Source: Zygnema circumcarinatum SAG 698-1b (taxonomy: Eukaryota > Plantae > Zygnematophyceae). Taken from it: DNA of 64,000 bases. This document shows, piece by piece, positions 53,308 through 64,000 of this stretch. Below the pieces are notes generated by a model. The model was not told where the DNA came from and did not search any database. It worked only from the letters and a program-made list of their open reading frames with translations. The DNA lies in NCBI GenBank assembly GCA_037447605.1, contig CM074815.1:2294001-2358000 (forward strand). The letters run 5' to 3'. Each line of letters starts with the position of its first letter. The stretch's first letter is position 1. Made by a program: the position numbers and the translations under genes.

Positions 53308-53953
53308 CTTGACTTGACTTCGCTTGAATTGTTTTGAACTGACTTGACCTTCATATCCTATGAAGCTCCACACCGGATGTTTTACAGCGCATTTGTAGAC
53401 ATGGGTTGCATGCGGTCCATGAGCGCACGCACAATCACTTGGAGCCGGCCAGGGGCGGATCCAGGATTATAGTTTAGAGGGGGAGCTGGCCAGTGAGCTT
53501 GGAAATTGGAAATTCGAGGGGGTATTGTGCTAGTCAGTCTGCTTTTCAAAATCTGAGGGAGGGCTAAGACCTCTCTCAAAGACATTCTTGGATCCGCCAC
53601 ATGGCGGCCGCATCCTTCTCCAGACGGCGGTGTATTGAACATACTCGAGCATAATAGTTGGGATCAGGAATTCCTTCCACATTTTCGTCGATTTTTTTCC
53701 ATTTAGTACAATGTGGTAGGTTTTAGGGCTAGAAATTCAATTGTACATAGCCGAATTTCGTAGGGGTTCCTCCCGATAAAAAGTAGGTAGTTGAAACTTT
53801 TTTTTGTATTGTTGGGAGAGTGAACGCCTCCGGGTTGCTCCCGAGAGCTTTGAAATGGCACTTCGCGAGTTCACTTATTGAGAAATGCGAGTTTAAAAAG
53901 TGGTACGTGTGATGTATCTCAAAAGTCGCTTCACTAATTTTTCCATAAAATCC

Positions 53954-54597
53954 TGCTGATGCGGAGCCCCCATACTTACTAAAGGATGCCTCTGAGGAGG
54001 ACATCTCTCTACGCCTTGGACCAGCAGACGTGACCTTTGCGGAAACACAAGATCATACTCACAAAGCAGAACACTGCCCCAAAGCAACGAATGAAAGAAC
54101 AGATCGAAGACCAAGAAGGTAAGAGAAAGCACCAAGGCCTAAAACTCTTAACTTTCAATGCGAAGTACAGGCATGCAGCAAGAGCTGCTCTCTCTCTCTC
54201 TCTCTCTCTCACATCTATACTCCACTACAGGACTGCCACCCTTATGCTGTGAAGCTTCACCACAATCCGGCAAGCTTCACCTACCGCTTCTCACAGCCTA
54301 CATCAAGGGTTAAAGTCTTTATGTTCTCCCACTCAGTCTATACCTTGCCTGCAATAGGCGGCTACAAACCCCGCTAGCAAACGCTTCGTGTTGCAAGCGC
54401 TTGTCACGTCACACGGTTACGGTTGCCCGTCGTTCAATCTCCACACAGTCGGCCGTTCAGAGCTCTTGCTCCGACGGTAAGAGTTTCGTGCCTTGTCCCT
54501 CAGGTGTCTACCGCACACCTCTAAACTCGGACCAAGTCCCAGCCTTTCAATCCCATGCTCCCATAAACTATGTACCACTAACTATTGTACACTAACA
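53954..54597 (-). mobile_element. Probable solo LTR (family C, related to the copia LTR), about 644 bp
   Basis: Minus strand begins TGTTAGTGTACA like the copia LTR and ends TCAGCA; absent from the paralogous region after copy 1; flanks aatcc/taacc only partly match. Confidence 0.6.
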
Positions 54598-55217
54598 TAA
54601 CCGCCTCTGAATTAATGGAGGTTTAAGCTGCAAAGCTTTCTCCAAAGTTTTTTCCGTGTGAGTGTCTCTTGCACGATTTCTTCCTCTACAGCTGAAATGT
54701 CAGCTACAGATGAGATGGTTGTAGCAGGTGTGCCTGCTGCCGCTGTAGAAGGTGAGGAAACATCTGCAAATATCTTCTTGCCGCAGCGCTGCTGCCACCT
54801 AGAGTGGTTTCGCTTCTTGGCTTTAAATTTCTTTTTGAGATTATTTTTTTTTGTTTTGTTTTGGGGGGAGCAAGGGAGAGTCCCGAATGCGGTTCAGAGA
54901 GGGAGAGAGGAAGAGTGACTGATCAGTCCTGCAGGCTGCCGGCCATGGTCTGTCTGCTGCTGCTGGTCCAATCAGAAACCTCTGCGAACACAAGCAACAG
55001 CAGCATGCAGCGCGTATTTCTCTAGCCGGGTCGCATGGCGATGGCATAATGTGCGTGTTCAACAACAACATGGGGAGGCAACAAAAGGGCGAGGACCGAC
55101 GGCGCCTCTCCATTACATCCGGTAGCGAACGTGGCGTCCGACGTGGTCCTACGTGGCAGCCACTTCAACTAGCCGAGTCCGGTGAAATCCAACAACCGTT
55201 CGATACATACGGATCTA

Positions 55218-55382
55218 CTAGGGGGTGTCAGACTTAAAAAATTTCAGTACGCGTGTTCGTAAGTTTGACATCAGAACGAGTACTCCAGTATAATCGCGAT
55301 CCTCCTGCGGCGGAGTACTTTCGTAACCTTTTTTTTCGTAACGCTTTTCGTAAGATTTTGTTAAGTCTGACACCCCCTACTG
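55218..55382. mobile_element. Small Tc1/mariner-type MITE, 165 bp
   Basis: Inverted termini C[AG]TAGGGGGTGTCAGACTTA / TAAGTCTGACACCCCCTACTG, TA on both sides. Confidence 0.75.
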
Positions 55383-56124
55383 TATAGTGAAAATGGGAAG
55401 GCGGGACCGCGCAAAGACTAATCAGCGCTCGTTAAAAGTCGACGCCACGTGGTCGCGGCCAATTCGCTGCGAGCTGCGACCTAGAGCGGCGGTCACGGCG
55501 GGTCGACGCATACCTGCCACGTGGCATTCAGTCTGGTCATCTAGAAATGGATTTGGCATCGCGTGATTGGGAAATGCCATCGTGGCGGCCACGTCAACGC
55601 CACATCGTCACAACTCGTCCTGACCAACTGTCTTGACTAATTTAACGGGACTTTTGCACGGAGCTTTTTTAGCCAAATGACACATACGGGAAACGGAGCG
55701 GGCCGTACACGTAAACATGACGGGAGCTAGAATCATTAGCTGTGATGTTCACACCGTCTGAAGGAAAAGTATTATGGGGGTCCACTGTATCGGCATGGGG
55801 GACCGGCAGCAGGGCTGTCCAATGGTAGACTGCCACGTCGCAACCTTTGACCCAAAAGGGTCAGGTGACGACAACGTTTCCGTAGGCTCGCCGCATCTCG
55901 CGGGCCGCGCCGCGATGCGCGGGGCCGTACGTCGGTGCACAGTCGGATCCTGCGCGCGAGGCGCGGGGTCCGATTGTCTACAAGATCTCTCCTCCCGAAA
56001 GATCCAAGGGGGGGGGGCGTGATTAGCCAAAATGAAAGTACAGTTTTTTCCGGAAAGGGGGCGCGGATATCCAAAACGTGGGGCCTGTATCATTTTCCGG
56101 AAAATATGATGGGGTCCTACTGTA

Positions 56125-56504
56125 CGTACTAGCCGTACTAGCTGTACTAGCCGTTACGGGCTTACGCAAAACTCACCTAATAATCTCCCCGCACGAGCCG
56201 CCGTAAGAGGCGCTCGCTCTTCTCCCCTTCTTCTTGCCTTCGATACGATACGATATGATACGGTACGATATGCTACGATACGAAGCGCCCCGATACGGTA
56301 CTATTCGTACTAGTCGTACGAGTTGTACTAGCCGATACAGTACGGTACGGTACGATATAGTACGGTACGATACGTACGGTCCAGCATGAACTCTAACATA
56401 ATACCGCCCGTCTATTGGTAACACGAACCTTATATATGCAAAATCAATATTTTCGCCTCATATTGGCCAAAACCAGGGTGGAAAATATGAGGACCCCTGA
56501 CTGT
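56125..56504. mobile_element. Truncated second copy of the 43887..44419 MITE (left terminus missing)
   Basis: Near-identical internal sequence and right end aaatatgaggacccctgactg followed by TA. Confidence 0.7.
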
Positions 56505-57965
56505 ACGGGAAACGGAGCGGGCCGTACACGTAAACATGACGGGAGCTAGAATCATTAGCGGTGCTGTTCACACTGTCTGAAGGAAAAACCGAAATCTCCC
56601 CAAACCCAAACGCCAAACCAAACAGCGTGAGCACACCTTTTGTCCGGACGCTCCTTAAAAGACAAATCAAAGGGTCCAATCTAGTGCCGCCAAAACTGCA
56701 CAAACCGACAAAACAGAGAGCACAAGTAGACAAAACTGTAGATCTACTGATCTACGGATCGCCCACGCGACAAGATTTTCAAAGACCGTGGCGAAGCGTC
56801 CGAGGTGAAAGCCAATCAGCGGTCACCAAATTCTTGGTCGGTTCTCATGTCGGTTAGCGAAATAGGTACAGTCTGGCGCAAGTTGTCGTTTAGTACGAGG
56901 GCGCTAATATCGTCACATCGCCGGCATATCGTCCGTCAAGGACAAAATCTGCCGGTTGCCGGCACTGCACCACCATTGTCGGGTGGCCAAATAATAACTC
57001 GGCGGCGGCCACGCCGGCAGTTCCTATTCATATCTGCCGATACACCACCGATATTGAGATATTTCATACATTTCCAAACGACAAGGAATACTCACATCTG
57101 CCAGCGGCTGAATCGTCGCGTGGTGGTCGGTGGCTCCCCCGCGGTCGTAGGGCCTGTTAGTGTACATAGTTAGTTCAGATTAGCATGTTTGTGTTGGCGC
57201 TTAGTTCCTAGGGGTGTGCTTCTAGGTGTGACATGTATGGGGACGGACTTACTTCAGCGTGCGCGCGGCGGCGAGACCGACCGCGCAACCGTACGGATAG
57301 TATGGACCGTACAGACCGTACGGTCGGTACGGACAGTACGGCCGGGAGTCCGACATTTGGTACCGCGCCGAGGAATCGGTCCTGGCGTACGGAATCGTGG
57401 ACTGATGCGGCGGCAAAAGGCGGCGAAGTCGGTGGAGTCGGCGGAGCCTACTTTGCGTACGGAAGATAGTCCTTGTGGGTGACGGCGGGAAGTTCAGCTC
57501 GGCGGTAGAGTACATGGCCATCTGGGTTAGAGCGGTGGTGTTGGTACGTTGCCAGGCTGGGTGTACTATGCATAGCAAGACACGAAGTAGTTTATTTAGG
57601 TTGTTTGAATAAGGTTGTTGCATGCATGGTCCCGGCGCGTGTGACGTGACATGGTCACGTCACAGCCCCATACTATATAGTGAGAGTGGGTGTGTAAGTT
57701 AGAAACCTTCTTGATATGCATTGCAAGGCTATGGCAGTTTGAAGGCATGGCTTTGGCAACAGGAGGTGGACCTTTGTGAGGAGTCTCCGTGTGTGGAGAG
57801 CTGCCCCCACGCGGAAGGTGAAGTGATCATGTGGTGAAAGCTTGACTAGGTTATGAAAGCCCTAAGTTGGAAAGCTTGTCATCATAAAGGAGTTTTAGGC
57901 TGGGAGCTTTCTCTTACGTTTTTCTATTCCGCCTCTCGTGTGTTGTGTATGCACGTGAGTGAAAA

Positions 57966-60900
57966 ATGAGTGAGAGTGCTGCGGGCACCAGGAGGGAAGT
58001 TTCCATGGACAGTGAAGAGGGAGAAAGGGTGGAAGGTGAATTTGCTTCTCATCCCTCTGCCCCTCTCACAAGTGGTATCAGAGCTCATGGTGAAGAGGAA
58101 ACCGGGGCTAGTGTGAAGTTTAATGTCCCTGCATTTGATGGGACAGACTACAAGGGATGGAAGTGGCGGCTGACTCCCATACTTGAAGGGAAGGGACTTC
58201 TTGGTCATGTGACTGGGAAGGTGAAGGCGCCGCCGGCTACATCCGTGGAGGAGCTTGCAAAGTGGAAGGCCCGTGACAACAAGGCCATCACTCAGATTGC
58301 AATGAGTGTGAAGGGGACGCCTTCACACATGCTCTACGACCTCAGCACGTCACACGAGATGTGGAAGTGTTTGGAGGACATGTACGATGCGAAGGACAGC
58401 GTCACAGTGGTGCACCTGTACACGGAGCTCGGGAAGATGAAGATGAGCTTGGATGAGAAGCTGACTGACTACATGGGGCGCTTTGACAGTCTCATGCAGC
58501 GCTTCGTGGTGATGGGCAAGGGTCTTGAGTCAGATCATAAGATCAGCCAGTTCTTGGTTGGTTTGCCCAGTCGCTTTGACGGCACATGCAGCGCCCTTCG
58601 AACAGTTCTTACCACTTCTTCTTTGACCTTTGAGCAGGTGAAGAAGCGGATTCGTGAAGAGGACGCTCTTCATGACGCATCCGATGCGAGTGAGAGCGTG
58701 TTGGTGATGAAGGGGAAGCCTTTTGGGAAAGGCAAGGCGAAAGGAGGAGGTGGCGGAGATCGTCCCAAGGGGACATGCGTCACTTGTGGGAAGCCAGGTC
58801 ACTACTCCAACGAGTGCTGTTCCGGCAAGAGCGGCCCAAGTGAAGGGAGGAGATGCCAGGACGAAGTCGAGTAAGCAGGAGTTCACAGGTGTTGCTTCAA
58901 GTGCAAGAAGAAGGGTCACAAGAGCATTGATTGCAGAAGTGCTGCTACTGATACAAACTTGATGTTTGCTGAGAAGGAGCATGTGGAGTTTGTGGGGAGA
59001 ATGTGTGAAGGACCCGAGAAGCCGTGGCTCATTGATTCAGGGGCGTCGACGCACATGTGTGCAGACTGGGGGTTGTTCTACGAGATGAGATCGCTCCAGG
59101 CCCCTCGTTCAGTTCAGTCAGCGACTGGTGAGGAAGTGAAGGTGACCAGCGGAGGCGACGTGAGGATCGTCTTAGGAGGAGAGAGTGAAGGGGCAGCTAC
59201 CATGATTGGTAACGTGCTTTATACCCCTGGGTTGCAGCACAACTTTGTGTCTGTGGGACAAGTGTGCGACAGGGGTTACTCCAGTCACCTTTGATAAGCA
59301 GAATTGCGTGGCTAGACATAAGAAAACTGGGAATGTCTTATTTCAGGGGCACCGGAGAGAGGGCCTGTACGTCTTACAGTGGAGTAAGCCTGAAGAAGAA
59401 GGAGAGTCAGTTTTGCTTATGACCCAAGATGAGGTGCAAAAGTGGCATAGGAGGCTTGGGCATGTGAGTTTTCGAGCCATGCGGGAGTTAGCTCAGAAGG
59501 GGTTGGTCCGAGGCTTGGACTTGGAGGGTGCGGTTGATCCACAGAGGATTTGCGAAGACTGCATTAAAGGGAAGATCCATCGTGGGCCATTCGTGCGAAG
59601 AGGAGATGGAGAGGGGCGCGCCAAGGAGCCGTTGGCGCTTGTGCACACAGACTTGTGTGGCCCCATCACCCCAGCGAGCTTGGGAGGAAGTCGATATTTC
59701 ATCACTTTCCTTGATGACTACTCACGAAAGATTTGGGTGGTGCTCTTGACACAGAAGTCTGACGCTTATCCAGCCTTCAGAGCTTGGAAGATGCGTGCAG
59801 AGCGGGAGAGCGGCCATCTACTCAAGAACCTCCGTTCAGACAATGGAGGAGAATTCAAGAACAAGGTGTTCAGTGAGTATTTGAGAGGCTTGGGAATCAA
59901 GCAGGAGTTCGCTGCTCCATACTCACCGCTGAGTAATGGAGCTGCAGAGAGAGTGAATAGGACTCTTGGAGACATGGCAAGGACAATGTTGCATGACTCA
60001 CCATTTCCTGTGACATTTTGGGGAGAAGCAGTGATGACTGCCGCTTATGTGAGGAACAGGTGTCCGTCATCGGTCTTGGAGGATCGAGTGCCTGATGAGG
60101 TGTGGAGTGGGACGAAGCCCACTGTGGGACACTTGAAAGCATTTGGATCAAAGTGTTGGTATGCGATACCGAAGGTCACGCGTGGAGGGAAGTTTTTCCC
60201 AAGGGGCAAGGAGGGCTTCTTTCTTGGATACGCCAGTGATTGCAGGGCTTACAGGGTGTATAGCCTTGAGACCAAGAAGGTAGAGATCAGCAGGGACGTG
60301 AGGGTGGATGAGGATGCTGCACACGTCCCCTTTACCCACTCATGGAGGCGTGCTGATGAGTCGTGTCCACTCGGATTCACCTATGAAGGTGAAGTGATTG
60401 TGAGTCACCCTGAGCAGGAGAAGGTGCCAGTGGCCACTCAAGCTCAGACGGAGGAGAGTGCCACGCCCATTCATTCACGACGGCCTGTAGAGTCAGAGAG
60501 TGATGATGAGACAAAACCGGTGACCTTTACTCCCTTGGGTTCTCCACATTGGGGAGACATGCAGGAGTCTGTGGGACCATCGAAGGAGGCATCAGCTACG
60601 AAGTCTCAGGAGGAGACCTCCAGTTCACGAGAGGAGGCAGCCAGCATGCCGCATAAGTTGGTGGCTTCAGAACCACGTGCAGCGGCGAATGAAGAGTTGC
60701 TGGAGGAGATGGCTGATGAGCCAGAGGAGGAAGTGTCAGCTCCAATGCGAGCTGTGGAGCAGCCTGAAGAGCATCCCTCTGTGATGGAGAAGACAAGTGG
60801 GAGGACCAGGCGGCCTCCAAATCGTTTCAGTCCGGCTGTGCCTACGAAGCGCATGCGGAAGAAAGCACGAAAGAATGCCCAGGATCATTCTGCATCATTC

Positions 60901-62506
60901 TCAGGTGACATGGACATGATTGCCCATTGTTACATGGCCCATGCTGTTGAGCCTCAGACTTACGGGGAAGCTGTTGAGGGGCCAGATCAGATCAAGTGGC
61001 AGGAGGCCATTGATAGTGAGTGGAACAGTCTGATTGAGAATCAGACTTGGCGCTTGGAGAAGCTCCCACCTGGGAGGCGTGCCATCGGCTGCAAATGGGT
61101 CTTCAAGGTTAAGAGGAAGGCGGACGGCAGCATTGATAGGTACAAGGCGCGACTCGTGGCCAAGGGCTACAGTCAGAAGGAAGGAGTTGACTACACAGAG
61201 ACCTTCGCTCCTGTGGTGAAGTCCATTTCCTCACTCCATTTGGGAGGCCAGCAGTGACCCTGATGACCCACTCAGTTGACATCAGACCTTTCCCCTGATC
61301 AGATCATGAGACATATATGAACAGCCAGAGGGAAGACTTGTGAGAGGGGAAGGGAGAACCTTGTGTGCAGACTCTCGCGAAGTAGTTTGCAATGGCCTTG
61401 GAAGCAGGCCCCTCGCGTGTGGTATGAGAAGATCGATGAACTCTTACAGGGCTATGGGTTTGATCGTTTTGAGACTGATACTTGTGTGTACTCAGTTGGC
61501 GAAGATGATGATAAGTTGTTTGTTGGGGTCTATGTGGATGACCTGATCATGATCAGCAAGTCTCTTCGCAGCATTGCAGAGTTGAAGGAGCTCTTGCGGA
61601 GAATTTCAGGATAGTACGACCTTGGAGGCCGATATCTCTTAGGGATCGAATTTGAAGGGGCCCGAGATGGTTCACTATTTCGCTTTGCAGCCGAGGAAGT
61701 ATCTGCGAGAAGATGTGTTGCGGAAGTTCAACATGTGGGAGTGCAGGCCATGCACAAGTCCCATGGAGGCTGGAGTTCGCTTCACGAAGGAGATGTCCCC
61801 GTCTACAGAGGAGGAGGCAAAGGCAATGGCAGGAGTGCCATATCGATCTGCGATTGGGAGCCTCATGTATTTGATGACAGGCACGAGGCCTGACCTTGCG
61901 AAAGCCGTGAGCACGGCAAGCAGATTCATGGAGAACCCCGGCGAGGAGCATTGGGAAGGAGTCAAGCGTATATTTCGGTTTCTGAAGGGAACTGTGGATT
62001 ATGGCCTCAGGTTTGAGAGGGGGACTCGCAGCCGAGTCTATGGCTATACAGACGCTGACTGGGGAGGGGATTTGGATTCATCCCGCTCCACATCTGGATA
62101 CGTTTTCTTGAATGCAGGTGGGGCCATCACATGGAATTCCACCTTGCAGTCTTCAGTGGCTCTCTCCAGCACTGAAGCAGAGTATATGGCAGCTTGCCAT
62201 GCAGCCAGGGAGTGTGTGTGGCTGCGGAACTTCTTTGGGGAGTGTGAGCGGCCTCAACTCCCCTTACCACTCTTCACAGACAATCAATCCTCTATTGCTC
62301 TCATGGAGAATCCGGTGTTCCACAAGCGGAGCAAGCATTTCCGGATCCAATACCATTACGTGAGACAGGAGGTGAGAGAAGGACTTGTTAGTATCAAGTT
62401 CATTGGAACCAGGGAGCAGGCGGCCGACATGCTGACGAAGGCAGTCAGTGGTGAGACCTTGAGGATTAATTCGGATCTCATTGGGCTGGGGCCTCTCAGG
62501 AACTAA
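57966..62506 (+). pseudogene. Copia gag-pol (Gag, two Zn knuckles, PR, IN, RT, RNase H) with stops/frameshifts near 58820-58890, 59280 and 61220-61700
   Basis: FDGTDYKGW, CVTCGKPGHYSNEC, CFKCKKKGHKSIDC, WLIDSGAS, WHRRLGH/CEDC, HTDLCGP, DDYSR, SDNGGEF, YKARLVAKGY, YVDDL, YTDADW, STEAEY, ADMLTK; PR-IN-RT-RH order. Confidence 0.93.
58073..58084 (+). promoter_or_regulatory. Primer-binding site, tRNA-iMet type
   Basis: TGGTATCAGAGC 2 nt after the LTR-terminal CA. Confidence 0.9.
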
Positions 62507-62512
62507 AGTGCC

Positions 62513-62524
62513 AAAGAGGGGGAA
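62513..62524 (+). promoter_or_regulatory. Polypurine tract
   Basis: AAAGAGGGGGAA directly before the TG of the 3' LTR. Confidence 0.9.
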
Positions 62525-62888
62525 TGTTAGTGTACATAGTTAGTTCAGATTAGCATGTTTGTGTTGGCGCTTAGTTCCTAGGGGTGTGCTTCTAGGTGTG
62601 ACATGTATGGGGACGGACTTACTTCAGCGTGCGCGCGGCGGCGAGACCGACCGCGCAACCGTACGGATAGTATGGACCGTACGGACCGTACGGTCGGTAC
62701 GGACAGTACGGCCGGGAGTCCGACATTTGGTACCGCGCCGAGGAATCGGTCCTGGCGTACGGAATCGTGGACTGATGCGGCGGCAAAAGGCGGCGAAGTC
62801 GGTGGAGTCGGCGGAGCCTACTTTGCGTACGGAAGATAGTCCTTGTGGGTGACGGCGGGAAGTTCAGCTCGGCGGTAGAGTACATGGC

Positions 62889-63522
62889 TGTTGGTGCAAG
62901 GGGCAGTAAGAAAGGAAAGACACAAGGAAAGGGCAACACATGCCCTGGGTATCAGAGCTCAAAACTTTTCTTTTTCTTCTCCTTGGGCCACATACCGCTT
63001 CCGCCACGATATGCCTTCTCGTCCACCTCTTGCCAGGTGCGCACAGCGGAAAACTAAACACCCCACCTACAAGTGCACTTCTTCAACTCCTCCATGGTCT
63101 CGGCTCCTCAACTCCACGCTCCTCCAATGATCTCCTCGTGTGGAGCAACACACCGCCCATACAATGGTCGCCTCCACTCATCCACCACGTCAATCCAACA
63201 CGAGGACTCACATGACAAATGATACAGTAGTAAGGAGAAAGCCCACGGCCCTAAAACTCCTTAAACTTCATGAGTGTAATACAAGCTCTTGAGGAAATCT
63301 ACATCGATCCCGTATGCTAGATTCTCCTCCTCACATGAGCACTATCCTATCCTCTCATAGATAGCCTACACCCCAACTGCAGTAGCCAAGCACTACCTGC
63401 CTCCATGAACTCCTCCTCTACCTCAACACATGAGGGACACACCATCTAACTTCTTCACTAAAGCTTAGCATGATGAGAGCTAGTTCCTTCACGACCTTCA
63501 TACACAAGGCCGGACTCCTCTA
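62889..63522 (-). mobile_element. Family-B LTR nested in the copia 3' LTR, cut by an N-gap
   Basis: Starts TGTTGGTGCAAGGGG exactly as at 44755 and follows that sequence up to the gap. Confidence 0.75.
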
Positions 63523-63532
63523 NNNNNNNNNN

Positions 63533-64000
63533 CGCCACTTGGCGAGCTCAGATTCCGCCCCCCGCAGCCGTACGATACGCCTTATCCCGAGCCTGCCTAC
63601 ATGGCGCTCTCCAATGGCGCCACATGTAGCTCGCTCTGCATGGAGGGCGACGGAGAAAACAACGTCCAAGATTTTGCCTCCGAGGTGGGCCAGGATACGG
63701 TCCCAAGAGACTGTGCAGCTTTTTCAGACTCTTACGAATCAGTCCAATGCTGGATTCAATCTTTTGCGAGATTACTTTGCAAACTTTGGATTTCCTAGCG
63801 AATCTGTCTAATGAAGCTGATTATGATTCTGTTTGGATGATCTGTGGAGATCTCAGGACTGCTTGTTCCTGAATGTGTGGGCGCCCAAGGAGCTGCCTTC
63901 TGCCCCCCTCCCCGTGCGAGCGTACATTCATGGCGGCCACGACGAGTGCTCGGCCTCGGACCCTCACAGTGACGGATGCGCCGCCGTCGCAAAAACGGAC
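63533..64000 (+). CDS. Type-B carboxylesterase copy 3, partial (end of exon 1 to 63684; exon 2 from 63857 off the window)
   Basis: PLGELRFRPPQPYDTPYPEPAYMALSNGATCSSLC and DCLFLNVWAPKELP..YIHGGHDEC; same intron position as the other copies. Confidence 0.85.

Larger units (their letters stand above)
57155..62888 (+). mobile_element. Ty1/copia LTR retrotransposon: 5' LTR 57155..58070, PBS, gag-pol, PPT, 3' LTR from 62525 interrupted at 62888
   Basis: TG...CA LTR, PBS TGGTATCAGAGC, PPT, and a 364-bp LTR match with one visible mismatch. Confidence 0.95.

Noticed and set aside
62948-62960. PBS-like GGGTATCAGAGC inside the nested LTR
   Set aside because: Not adjacent to an LTR end, and not conserved in the 44755 copy

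Overview
Eukaryotic nuclear DNA from a draft assembly (nine N-gaps). It is most likely a streptophyte green alga, inferred from plant-type genes, TTTAGGG repeats and microsatellite-rich introns. Left to right: the 5' end of an SDR-family gene (-), present three times almost certainly as an assembly artefact; a thaumatin-like gene (-); TTC27 (-, middle exons lost in a gap); a divergently oriented orphan gene with in-frame stops (+); lycopene epsilon-cyclase (-, 11 exons); a plant AMBRA1-like WD40 gene (+); and a tandem array of secreted type-B carboxylesterase genes (two complete copies, one partial). The array is interleaved with Tc1/mariner-like MITEs, solo LTRs and a young Ty1/copia element whose 3' LTR is interrupted by another LTR. 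The best leads are the carboxylesterase array with a non-canonical oxyanion motif, telomere-motif tracts starting just downstream of many 5' splice sites, a telomere-like repeat translated as a Pro-Asn tract, and the orphan gene with two Gln-like stops. Exon models were built by hand and family assignments rest on recalled motifs, not database searches. I cannot claim a proven new system from sequence alone.
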